From Adineta vaga (Eukaryota > Animalia > Rotifera): DNA of 64,000 bases. The stretch is taken from the NCBI GenBank assembly GCA_021613535.1, contig CP075494.1, positions 16,740,001 to 16,804,000 of the forward strand. The letters are read 5' to 3'. A program made the position numbers and the translations under genes. Under the pieces are notes generated by a model. That model was not told the origin of the DNA and did no database searches. It worked only from the letters and a program-made list of their open reading frames with translations. This document shows positions 1 through 11,492 of this stretch, one piece after another (within the stretch, counting starts at the first letter, position 1; every line of letters begins with the position of its first letter).

Positions 1-190
1 CAATATGTTCGTTCTTGATCGATTTATGAGACCACGAAACATACTCCGATCTATATTAAATTTCAACCTTTCACTGTCTTATCGAAAATTTACTATCAAT
101 TGCAAATTTAAAGCAAATCTTCCCAATCATCTTGTAAGTGTACCTATTTTTGAAAGTTGAAAGCTCACCATATACTACTTCAATGCTATT

Positions 191-1520
191 CCCAGGTCAA
201 CGAATCCGATGTCGGATCCGACAGAATCCTATAGGACTCCTGGTGACGGAATCGAATAGGAATCCGACTGTCAGAATCCACTACACTTCCGATAATATCG
301 GATGAATTAAAAAAAATCTGAAAACACCTAATTTCTTTGTATTTTTTCGGATTCAAAATCCTTTAATTATTCACCTGATATCTATCTCGTAGGATTTTTC
401 TGGATTGTTTTTCGATTTAAAATCCTTCACTTGTATTTCGTATATGCTCGAGTAGAGTATGATTCGTTTGGACTGATTTAGCATGGAATGCTGATTATGT
501 AGATTGTATAGTGGTTTAAGGAAGGGATAGAGGAAACGGATCCGTGGAGAAATGTGATTTTTTTCCGGCTCTCAGAATCATAGGAGATGAAATATATGAA
601 AGAATGCCAATGTCAAAGTTCTTTCGTGGAGAATTAATCGAGTGTTTCGGTGGAAACTGAACATTTTTCGGGAGATATAGTTGGAAATGTGAGTTGATGT
701 TTGCGTTTCTTTTGGTTATGTCGTTCTGAGTTGTTGGGGATACCTAGTAGTGTTAATTATTTTCATAAGCAGTATTTGTACATCGTTAGGTAGTGTCGCC
801 TTGGCGAAAGCACGAAGCTGGCAGTTATATTAGCAAAGCAACCCAGGAATATTCCGGACAGTTCCAGCTAGTTCCAAAAGCTTCCAACCGGAAAACTCAG
901 GACAATGGAAGCAGTATTCCGATCGGAATTTCTCGGACTGTTCCGGTGAATTCCAGTCGGAATGTTCTGGTTCCGGCGGGATCTGGCTCGGATTTTTCGA
1001 CCTGGGTAAATGTTTTCAGGTTGTTAAGATGGTGGATGCCGCAGATTTTTATGGATCATACTTTATGATGGAGTTAGGAGGTATGAAATTAAAAAAACGG
1101 TCTGCTTAAAATGTGAATGGTTCGAAACTATGTATTTCAGTAGGCGTTAGGTAAAATATATTCATGAATAGCGTCAAATAGTTTAAATATCGTTTTTCAG
1201 GTTCATCTAATGCATTTTTTTGGTTGTTTATAATATTCATTTTAAGATCCATGTCGGAGTTCGTTGAATTTTGTCAGAGTGTGGTGGAAATCGTTCGAAG
1301 TCATGGGTTCACAGTAATAGGATCCGATCGGTTCCTTGATACTGGATACCATCGGACATAGTTAATATTAACCGATAGGATTCGTTGATCCGAAGGATTT
1401 CAATGCGATTCCGTCACCGAGAATCCAATTAAATCCTATAGGAACCCACAGAATCCGGTAAAATCCTATGCTTTCCGATCGGATCCGATCCGATTCGAGT
1501 ATGGGATTGGTCAACCTGGG
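191..1520. mobile_element. Non-autonomous TIR DNA element (CCCAGG...CCTGGG ends, CMC/EnSpm-like) with GGATCC/GAATCC-rich subterminal repeats
   Basis: Left end cccaggtcaacgaatccgat (191) matches the reverse complement of right end atgggattggtcaacctggg (1520). Many short ggatcc/gaatcc/atcgga repeats near both ends. No coding capacity. Superfamily is inferred from the CCC...GGG ends only. Confidence 0.65.
842..1006. mobile_element. Small related MITE nested in the 191-1520 element
   Basis: Starts cccagg (842), ends cctggg (1006), rich in ttccgg/ccggaa repeats. A related ttccg/cggaa-rich stretch starts at tcccag near 10915. Confidence 0.5.
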
Positions 1521-1637
1521 TTGCATCATATTACTTTTACGTGATACCATACTCGTTAATCAACCTTTTAGATATAAGCAACATTTTCCTTATCAAGAAA
1601 TTCTCATTTTCTATATTGTATATATACACCTTCTTGT

Positions 1638-1640
<3 letters not shown>

Positions 1641-1669
<29 letters not shown>
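1641..1669 (+). repeat. (CT)n microsatellite
   Basis: Uninterrupted tctctc run. Confidence 0.9.
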
Positions 1670-1672
<3 letters not shown>

Positions 1673-1788
1673 AGATCCTAAAAATTATACTGACTGAAAT
1701 TGGTCAATGTCCACAAATGTCGTTTACGGTTTTTGATTAAAAATCTCTGTTTTTTTATTTCAGATAATATTTGTTATAACTATTTGAT

Positions 1789-3574
1789 ATGTTTCGTCAT
1801 GTTTACAATCGCGTTCGTTTCAACTATTTATCTGCAATCATCGACCAGCAACTATCATACTATGGTAAGACCTACTGTATAGCTTTCTGTGTGCAAAACT
1901 TCTGTTATCTCATTGAGAAACTAATTAATTAGCAACGCCACCTCGAGGAGAATGCTATAGTGTAGATCAATGGGTTTCTTTGTTTGATCGTCTCGAGTTG
2001 AAACAACGCTAATATGTTTGTGGATAACGTTCTGTTATGAATATATGAGTGGCGTGCTAAAAAAACAGTAAAATAATTACAAGAATCTGATGTCTAGCCG
2101 AAAATTGACGGAATCAAATTTTTGCAACATTCTGATACTGAAAAGCAATGACATAATCATGCTTCGGGTAAAAAATATTTCCAATACGAGATCTATCGAA
2201 TAGTTGTATGTTTGCACCTTCGTTTTTGTTGCGTTTTTAGGTGGAGCCTCTACCAGTATACTGCCGTCACTACCACTGTCAACAGTTTCTGTTGATCAAA
2301 CACGAAAGACTGACTCGATTAGAGAACAACTTCGTCAAAATATGCAAATATATTTCGAGTCTTTTGCTACGGGAAAAGGCGCTATCGAATTGCTTTCGTT
2401 AGCGCATCCACATCGAATTAATATCCATCTCGATAACAATGACTACTTGCATTTATCCTTCGATCCAGAATTAGTTGTTTCTGATGCACATATAGTTGGT
2501 GCCCCACAACATTATTCCAAAAATCCGAAAAATGGCCCTTCAAAACTCATCAAATCAGAAGGAGACAGTGCCCATCCAATGCAGGGATCAGATAACATCA
2601 TGTCAGGAATGTTTTTACAAAAGGGTTGTCTACAAGACCAAGTGTCTGACTTGCTAGCGAAACAAATACTTGGAAAAGAAAGTGTGTATTTAGCTCAAAG
2701 TGGATATGCCGCTAACTACGGTCTACTTCAAACAATAGTTATCCCGGCAACGAGCCACGTCTATATTGATACAGCTGCTCATGAATCACTTTGGCAAGGT
2801 GCCCAGCGTGGTGTTATTCACAAGATTAAACATAATTCTCTAGAAGATCTTGAACAAAATCTTCGTAGGTTTGGTAGTGGAATCATTGTTGTCGATTCTC
2901 TTTACTCAGCGAAAGGCTCGATTGCCAATCTGGTGCAATTATGTAATCTCAAGGAACGGTACGACTGCATTTTGGTGGTTGATGAATCTCATTCAATTGG
3001 ATTGTACGGACCTCACGGTCGTGGCCTTGCAGCAATGGCAAATGTAACAGATCGTATTGACTTTATTACAGGTAGTCTGGCTAAGGCATATTGTGTTCGT
3101 GCAGGATTTATTGCCGGTCGCACTCAAGATGTATTATACGTGCGAGAAAAATCATCACAGTCGATATTTAGTAGTGCACTTATGACTTGGGATTTGCAAC
3201 GTCTTCGTCGTGCTATTGCAATCATTTATAATGCAGATAGTAAGCGTAAACGATTAATGGATATTGCAACAGTTGTACGACACGCTGCAGTGAACTTGAA
3301 ATTTGATGTTGAACAACCACCATTTCCAAGTCCCATTCTATGTTTAATCGGTGGGCCAAATGCACTTTCGAAAAAACTTCAAATTTGCTTCGAGAACGCA
3401 GGAATTTCAGGTGCCATATTCATAGCACCTGCTACACCCGCTACTCGATCTATCTTGAGACTCACAATGCATGCTGGTTTGTCGAATGAGGACGTCGCAC
3501 GAATAATCAGTACACTCGAATCCACTGCCCGATATCATCGTGCTAACCTTTCGCAAACATTTTTAAAGCATTAA
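1789..3574 (+). CDS. CqsA/LqsA-like PLP-dependent alpha-hydroxyketone autoinducer synthase (aminotransferase class II, AONS-like); two exons, 1789-1864 and 2241-3574
   Basis: Motifs NDYL, MSGMFL, QSGYAANYGLLQTI, VYIDTAAHESLWQGA, GSGIIVVDSLYS, VDESHSIG and ITGSLAKAY (PLP lysine) match recalled Vibrio CqsA motifs (SGWNANVGLLQTI, VYIDFFAHMSLWEGA, GPGIIVVDSIYS, MTASLAKTF). Donor g|gtaaga at 1864 and acceptor tttttag|g at 2240 are both phase 1, giving MFRHVYNRVRFNYLSAIIDQQLSYY-GGAST... Confidence 0.8.
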
Positions 3575-4434
3575 TCTCCAAATATGATTAAGATCTTTAT
3601 GTTTTTAGTGAAGGAACAAATGAAACAGTTCTTGACTATGAAGTATTTCATATTTATTTAAATTTTGTTAAACAAACTAACAATATTCTTACGACGCACA
3701 TGTGTAAATGCTTATTTTTTATTGTAAAAACTACGAAATATGTGATACTTTCCTTAGTGATAAATAAATATCTCGGGTTTCTTTTCGTTCTTTTCTTTTA
3801 TTGATTTTACTTGTAAGAGAAATACATTAAATTTCATGACGTTCTGTTTCTTTTCTCATTCTCTCTTTTTTTTTCTCTTATCAAATGTTACACGAGATTG
3901 ACAAAATGTTCTTATTTAATTTTTCAAACTTATCTAAAACATTGACGACATAGAAAACTGTAGTATTATCATGAGTTGCCTAGTTCGAATTATAATATAA
4001 ATGCATATTTAGCTAAATAATATCACTTCGAAAATAAATGACAAAACTTGAACTAGATTGTTTCTATAAGACAGGAACACTTTTTCTTCTATCTATAGGT
4101 AATTATAACTCACGTAGAGCATATTTCTGTTAAAATAGGAATAGGTAGGAATAGTTTTATTTCAGTTGCTATTGAATACGATACAAAAATATACACATAT
4201 ATATCTCTATTTATGAATTTTATTTACTGGAAACAAAAGCTAAATCTTTATCTATCAACGATTATGTCTATAAACGCTTTTACAAAATCATCATTTATAT
4301 TCGAAGTCGAATTAGGCAGCTACTCCCTTTTTCAGTTATGTTTACTTATAGATGAAAAAAATTATAATCGTTGGATCCAGTTTGATTTACAACGATCATT
4401 TTTCATATCAACAAAAATGTAAGCATCACTAATT

Positions 4435-5720
4435 CTACACAATATGGGTTTCGGACTGATTGCCAGCATCACTAAGATCTCTTTTGTAATGTTTGTAGAG
4501 ATAACTCATAGTTTGAATCATGCAAAGTTCATTAATATTCTGTCTAATGATACGTAGAATAACAAAACCATCTAAACCTATATAATCAATAAAACGACTT
4601 TCTATCGAGCTCTTCTTTTCGATCATCAATTTTGTTTCAAAATGTTCACACATTTGCAAGCATTGATTAATGAATCTTTTTCGATTCTTCTTTGTCAATA
4701 AAATAATCCATAAAATAGTGGAAAGCATATTCGCAATACTTAGAATAATCAACCACATTGTAAGTCCAAAGAAGATTATTTCATTATAAATATTAATTGG
4801 CAAATTGCATTGAACAGCATACCAATGTTGATTGGAACCTAATTCGCGAATCATAAAATCACACAACACAACATGAGGAAATCGGACAGACTCATAGGCA
4901 TGCACTCGATCTCCGAATAATTGGCCAATTATATTACTATCAAGATCAGTGTGTCGTAAAGAAAGAAAATTGATTAAAAATAGCAGTTGACCCAGTGTAT
5001 TCATGATATAAAAGAACTTGACTATGAATAATAACGGTGTTAGTCGACCAATAGGATTTAGAACTCGAAATTTGAGACGAGGAAGAGTGCGTGAACGTAT
5101 GTTGCTGGTCATATCCAGTTGTGCTTTGATTAATCGGAAAGCATGATCGAGTTCTTTTCTGTTACAACGATCTTTTTTGATCATTTTGATCAAATTTTTC
5201 AGATTTACACCTCTTTGAGATGAAAAAGTTTGCCATGCATGACTTGGTGATGTAAATAGAAAAGCCATCAGCAGAAGAGTTATTGTCGTCCATTGGTAAT
5301 AAGATCTAGATTGGTGGCATGAGAATATGGTGACCTAGTTTCAATCAACTATCTACTTACACGACATACGTTCGTGGTACGGATCTATCAGGAATTTCAA
5401 CTAGAACAACAATAGTTGTGACGAATGATGACTAAGAATGCGACAAAACGTACTGTCCTTAGTTGGTAAATAATAAGTTCCCTTGAGCCAACAAATACTA
5501 TTGATATAAGTAAAATGGATATTCTGAAATTGTGCTATATAGTAGATGAAGAACGAGCAACTATCGATTAGAAAATATGTATGATTTCCAAAACTTACTT
5601 GGTCCCCAACAATTAATTGGATTTCCTACATAAATTTTCCCCAATACAATCAGGAAACAACCGAGCAATGCCAATGTAGTATATCGACTGTTTAATCGAT
5701 CAATAACATCGGCATCAACC
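4435..5720 (-). CDS. Innexin (gap junction/pannexin family), multi-exon; first exon not resolved
   Basis: DVIDRLNSRYT...YVGNPINCW, YINSICW, SYYQW, FPHVVLCDF and QCNLPINIYNEIIF are innexin signature motifs, split by ~55-65 bp GT-AG introns. Confidence 0.92.
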
Positions 5721-6479
5721 TGGAAGAGTGACTTATAAATAAAGAGTGTTTCTATTTCAATCTTCATCTAATGATCAGTGGTTGTATGTGCACGTCCGAA
5801 AAGACAATTTGATGTACTTAACAATTGTATTTTATTCGTTCGTTACGTCTCTCTATTGATTGTTCTTTTTAACATACCAATATATTTATTTCTATTTGCT
5901 CTCTCTATAATTATACATCGTACTTGACAAAGTAATGTTAGATGTGCAAATATTGTACTGATTGATGACATTATCAAATGATATTTGAAATTTAATTTCA
6001 AACATAGTTCTCACTTCGTACGCTCTAATAGAACCGTTCTGAATTCTATTAAATAATAGTCATCATGTCATAGACTTGAATATGTGGCTTTGTTCATGCA
6101 GTCGTTATACTTTTGTCTCGTTGCAACAATCGAAAGTAGTTTTCTGATAAACTATTCACAATTCGATTAAGAGCATCTTCCATAGCTTACCTTACGATTT
6201 TGGAATCTTGGTTTTAATTTTCTGCTAGATAATGACTCAAAATAACTCTTTGAATACCGGCGACACATATATGTGTGTAAACATGGCTTACCGAATATGG
6301 CTTTTCAATTAAACAAACAAAAGAATCCAATGAAGATTAAGAGAGTGAGAGTGATAAATACCAGCGAAAAAAGCAAATAAAGTAAAAATAACTGTCTTAG
6401 TAGATATAAGAAAACATATTGTACAAGAAAAGGACCAGAGATACGATGAATTTGGTCTAAATTGATATAATGGATGATA

Positions 6480-6926
6480 ATGTGAGAAAATTACGCCTTA
6501 TCTAATTCAATGTTGATGTTGATTGATTTTTCCGTCTATTTTCGTCCTAAATCCTCTTTTTAAAATGATTAGAAAAGAATTTCGTTGATAAACTTCGTGT
6601 ATAAAAATGGTATAATAAAAAACATGTTGAATATCTTCGTGGTTATTTCAATGATCTGTCAAATCGAATTCTTGATTGGGCAAAAATGAAACAAACAAGA
6701 ATTTCGTTCAAAACGAATTAAATTCAAATCAATTTGTCGAAATAACATCAAAGAACAACGTTCATTTTATCCTGAATGGATTGAAATTTCGAATCTATTT
6801 CAATATGAATTTCATGGTCCATTATTAAATCTTCGAAATAATCTCAGTGAACTTCATCGATTTAATTCGATTGATCAACAAACATATGTTATTGAAATAC
6901 AAATGTTACTTTATATAATACAAATA
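6480..6926 (+). pseudogene. Frameshifted coding remnant of unknown family, ending at a telomere-like palindrome
   Basis: Readable pieces (VEYLRGYFNDLSNRILDWAKM; EFRSKRIKFKSICRNNIKEQRSFYPEWIEI; QYEFHGPLLNLRNNLSELHRFNSIDQQTYVIEIQM) are broken by frameshifts and stops. Family not recognised. Confidence 0.35.
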
Positions 6927-6966
6927 TTGAGGGTGGGGTGTAGGTGTGAATACAAGAGATCCTCAA
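6927..6966. repeat. Telomere-like palindromic junction motif
   Basis: ttgagggtggggtgtaggtgtg ... cctcaa. Confidence 0.65.
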
Positions 6967-7260
6967 GGTCAACATTCTCATATCTGTCCGTGTTCAAAAC
7001 AGATAAGATCCTTACGTATAATTGAATATTTACAATCATAAGTAGAAAGAAAATGATTTCTATGAATAATAAAAACGAAAAATCTTAAGAAGAACAGAAA
7101 AATATTATTTTCTTCATTTACAATCTTAAAGTCAAACAATTAATAAAGATTGTTGATTAATCATTTTTATAATATACATTGTATATAACTTGTTCCTTAT
7201 TGGTTAATGACGCCATAAATCTAGATCGTCTATACTTTGATCAATTTCTAATAGAATCGA

Positions 7261-7316
7261 TTGAGGGTGTGGGTTTGGGTATACCTTCTTGACTCACATC
7301 TACACCCATACCCTTC
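7261..7316. repeat. Telomere-like palindromic junction motif
   Basis: ttgagggtgtgggtttgggt ... actcacatctacacccatacccttc. Confidence 0.8.
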
Positions 7317-7663
7317 CATATATTAATAAATTGAAAATATTTGTAAAACTAAATCTTATGATCATATTCAATACTTTTGTTAATGTAAATATCAGTTTAA
7401 GAATTTTGAGATTTATTCAAATTTAAAAAAAGAAAAACATCTTTGTTTTTTTCTCTTTTTCTTCACATTTTATTTCTTTATGCATTCAGATATGTATAGA
7501 TGTTTTATTTTTACCTTTCTTGTTCTGTAATTGATGTCGAACAAAATGTGCAACTGTGTGTCTTTAAGCAACATTGGAAAAAAGAAGTGTTTATATGCGT
7601 ATAAATCTATGTTAGTTTAATATCTTTTTAGATTTTGTAGATACAAATTAATGAATATTATTC

Positions 7664-8656
7664 ATGGATACTTATAATGGTTGGTCATTAAGACGTACAA
7701 TTTATGTTGGTATACTAATGGTCTCTATCCTATGTAATTTTTATTATCCTATAAAAACTCGTTTTATTTCTTTGAAAGAACAACATTTTCTTGAAAGTTC
7801 AAAATCACGTGATTGTAATATTGATAGATTACTTTTAGAAAAATGTTCCGAATTAGATTTTGTTACATTACGAACATATCGACGTTTATCATCAAATAAA
7901 AATGCAATTTATGTTCATGGAACTCGTATTATTAATTTAGGTGAAAATTATTTTATTAGTGTTGATGATATTTTATTTGGTTATGATATTTTATTTGAAA
8001 AAGATTATTTATATAGTATGGGATCATGGTTAGGTGTACAATTTCAATCAAGTCCTCATGATGCGATAGTTTTTCAACAATTAATTTGGAAAATAAAACC
8101 TGATTTAATAATTGATTTAGGAACAAATGTTGGTGGTTCAGCTGTATTTTTTGCTTCGATCATGTCATTTTATAGTGATGTTGGTATTGTTCTTACAATT
8201 GATCGTAAATCATTTACAAAAAATTGGGTACCAAATAAAAATTTATTATGTAAAGATTGTGTTAATCCAATTGATCATAAATTATGGAAAAAATATGTTC
8301 ATTTTATTCAAGGAACTACAATCGATCCTCAAGTATTAAATAAAGTTAAAAATTATGTATTAAATGCTACAACAATATTTATTAGTCAAGATGCTGCTCA
8401 CGATGGTCCTTCAGTTTATCAAGATATATTAAATTATGCTGAATTTGTAAGTATTAATTCATATATGGTAATACAAGATACAAAATTGGATCGAATTAAT
8501 GAATATTCTGTTGGTCCATTAGCTGCTGTAAGAAAATTCATGGATTATCAAAACAAAAATGTAGAAAATTTAACATATAGATTTGAAGTAGATCGTTCAG
8601 TAGAAGTATTTTATTATTCACAACATGCATATGGTTGGTTAAAACGAGTTAAATAA
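7664..8656 (+). CDS. CmcI / cephalosporin hydroxylase family SAM-dependent methyltransferase (rhamnosyl O-methyltransferase-like) with N-terminal membrane anchor; intronless
   Basis: SWLGVQFQSSPHDAIVFQQLIWKIKPDLIIDLGTNVGGSAVFFA, VLTID, FIQGTT, QDAAH, YMVIQDT and GPLAAVRKF follow the CmcI pattern. Hydrophobic segment at about aa 13-29. Confidence 0.85.
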   Translation: MDTYNGWSLRRTIYVGILMVSILCNFYYPIKTRFISLKEQHFLESSKSRDCNIDRLLLEKCSELDFVTLRTYRRLSSNKNAIYVHGTRIINLGENYFISVDDILFGYDILFEKDYLYSMGSWLGVQFQSSPHDAIVFQQLIWKIKPDLIIDLGTNVGGSAVFFASIMSFYSDVGIVLTIDRKSFTKNWVPNKNLLCKDCVNPIDHKLWKKYVHFIQGTTIDPQVLNKVKNYVLNATTIFISQDAAHDGPSVYQDILNYAEFVSINSYMVIQDTKLDRINEYSVGPLAAVRKFMDYQNKNVENLTYRFEVDRSVEVFYYSQHAYGWLKRVK

Positions 8657-8830
8657 TGTTTGTATTTTGCATTTTCTAATTTAAAGAAAATTTCTCATTG
8701 ATAAATTTTGTTTGTAAAAGTATCATTAGAAGTCAAAGAAATCAATTTTTTGAATGAATGACAATAGAATTGATAATAAATCAAATAAAATATCATTATA
8801 ATGTCTATCTCAATATTTTATATTAGGAAA

Positions 8831-8880
8831 GAGGGTGTGGGTAGAGTGTGGTGTTGTCATTACACATATCCATACCTTCA
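8831..8880. repeat. Telomere-like palindromic junction motif
   Basis: gagggtgtgggtagagtgtg ... tacacatatccataccttc. Confidence 0.75.
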
Positions 8881-10125
8881 ATTTTCATATTATCCATTTG
8901 TAGATAGTTTATCTGTATGTATTCCATGAATTAATTTGATATCATGATAAAATAAATAAGATGAATACAGTATTGTTAGTTTATAAGATATATCTTTTCA
9001 TTTTTAATATAGAAATGCAAACAAAATTGAATTAAAATAATGACTTAGAAATCTTACATAGAAATTAGAATTATTTAATCAATGGCAAGAATTCAATAAT
9101 ACATCTTGAATGAGTGTAGACTGTGAATATATAGGAGGGAGATTTACACTCTCAAGACAGTGATATATTGTATTAGCATATGAAAAATACGTATTCAAAA
9201 TTGAATCTTGATGTAACTTGATAAAATTACTATTTGAATAATCTGAAAATATCTGAATAATTACATTCATATCTTATTCTTGCATTTGACATTTTTAAAT
9301 ATAACATCACCGTATTTATGAAACACGATCTGAAAGAGTGTGTTGAAGTATTTAAGGGTAGAAATTTACATTCATCCCTTTCCATCACAGACGTGACCGG
9401 GTGACCCGAAAAAAAGACATTCCAGAACGTGATCGACTGAACAAAAATCCATCAGAAAACATCGAACACGGTGATTGAGAATAATATAAATAACTGGAAA
9501 TGTACATTGAGAAACAAATTGATTATTCTATGTATTCACATTTTTAATCCCGTAGGGATTGCGATGAAAGTTCTTTTTTTTTAAATAAATATCAAAACAT
9601 TAGAATAAATCACACTACTTAAAAGAAATGTGTGTCGAAAAACTCTTATTTATGTGGATAATGTTTCACGTATCATACGTGTGTTGTTAAAATATTTTCT
9701 TTTCTGCTTTTGTTAAGAGGAATAAAATATTTTGTATTTATAAAAGATATAAATATTTTATTACTGATATTTTTCTTTTAATCCTAAACAATTATTATTA
9801 ATCAAATATATGGAGGATTTACTTTTAATATTTGTCATAAATTGAAACATTCATAGAACAGAAGCAATAGCAGATTCTTACGCAGTATTTATTATTTGAA
9901 AAGGCTTATAAGTAAACTTCAAACAATTTCATTGTTTCAACCATTTCTATTTAGAGTTAGTCGAAGTTGAAAAATTAGCAAGAATGAAATAATTTCAACT
10001 TACTTATTGTCATTATTTGATAGATACGAAAGAAAATATCTAAGATGGAAAAAGAAAAAAAATGATAAAATGTTCGTTGAATGAAACTCATTTATTTATG
10101 AATATTTTTCAATATTCTACATCCG

Positions 10126-10271
10126 CAGGGAGGAATCCAAAGAGGCGATTATGGGGATCGATCATCCCCCTGCCAAGATTAAAATACATGGAGGCTATCT
10201 TTTGCCAGCGGAGAAAATCTTGTTTTCCTCAGGTAGTCTCTCTGAAAAAAAAATTGCTGATTGCGTCACTG
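10126..10271. mobile_element. Degenerate short TIR element (hAT-MITE-like)
   Basis: GC-rich island with cagggaggaatc at the left and gattgcgtcactg at the right, an imperfect CAG...CTG inverted pair. No clear TSD. Confidence 0.3.
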
Positions 10272-11340
10272 TAAATCTGTTGTTAAAATATTTTCTTTCC
10301 GGTTTTCTCGAAGAATAATGAAATGACGTATATTTATGAAAGGCAAAAGTAATTTATTATTGACATGTCATTTAATTGTAAATTATTTTAATCCTGAACA
10401 TAAGGATTTAATTTTGGATCTGATACAAATTAAAATATCATAGTTTAAAGACTAATGTAGATCCTTACACTATTATTTTAGAAGTATTTCAAGTATACCT
10501 CAATCAGTTTTACTACTTGTGCAGATTTATTCACAGTAAGTAGAAAAGTAAAAGCGTTAAGAAGAATAAAATGCATTCAGTTGATCATTGTCATTATTCA
10601 AAGAGATGAAAAGAACTTGAGGATGTAATATCTTTAAAATTCGCTTTTGATGAATCATATAGCCGGTTAGAATGAGAATTCAATTGAGTTTTAACTTCAG
10701 ATAAAATCAGACTTCTACATTTATTGATGAATCTGCACTCTAAAGAGATGATACTCGTCAAACTTTGAACATATTTGAAGACTTTTTCGTAAGGACAAAA
10801 TCTTTTTCGAATGTTCAGTATAGAGCACCAACTTTTTAAGAGTGAAATATATAAGTTCAAGAAAAGCTTTGTAGCGCAGTCCTTATAAGGCTAAAATGTG
10901 GAACTCATACAGTCTCCCAGATTGGACAGTCCGACCCGAGACCGATGGGTTCCACCACGTTCCGAGAGTTTCATGGAAGCAGTATTCCAGACAGGAATTC
11001 ATCGGATTAAATCTAATAGTTTCCGATCATATCTTAACGGAAAATACCTGAACAAAGGAGACCTCGGAAAACTATAGGAAACCCGCAGATCCTGGACTGA
11101 GTTTCCGACAATTAGGAACTTCGGTATTCCGTATTAATACTTGAACGATCATTGATGAATAGCGCTTCCCAATTTCACCTCCGCTCCCGCTATCCAACAT
11201 TCTACATGTGTTCGCTGAATTCAGTTACGGATTTTCGAGAGGATTAAAATAGGATGAAAGATGTCGAAGGCGGTCACGTTACGCAGGATGTTTTCGGATT
11301 TTGTTGGTACCGATCGTTTCTAGGCGTAGCCGACGGGAAG

Positions 11341-11410
11341 AAGGGTGGGTGTGGGTGAGGGTGGAGGTGGGTGTATCCCTTCTTCTTTCACACCCACACC
11401 CACATCCTAA
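11341..11410. repeat. Telomere-like palindromic junction motif
   Basis: agggtgggtgtgggtgagggtggaggtgggtgt ... cacacccacacccacatcct. Confidence 0.85.
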
Positions 11411-11492
11411 CAAATGTTCTATAATAGTATCTGTTTGTTAATTTCGATAGTGATTTGCACTGAGTTCAGTAGAATTTTCACTTCTTTTTTAG

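Noticed and set aside
793-1740. Short ORFs 793-1068, 1368-1550 and 1468-1740
   Set aside because: They lie in MITE and microsatellite sequence and show no protein motifs.
2204-2240. ORF-track N-terminus of the CqsA-like protein (MYVCTFVFVAFL) as a signal peptide
   Set aside because: It begins at TTG and is the intron polypyrimidine tract ending in tttttag. The real start is more likely exon 1789-1864.
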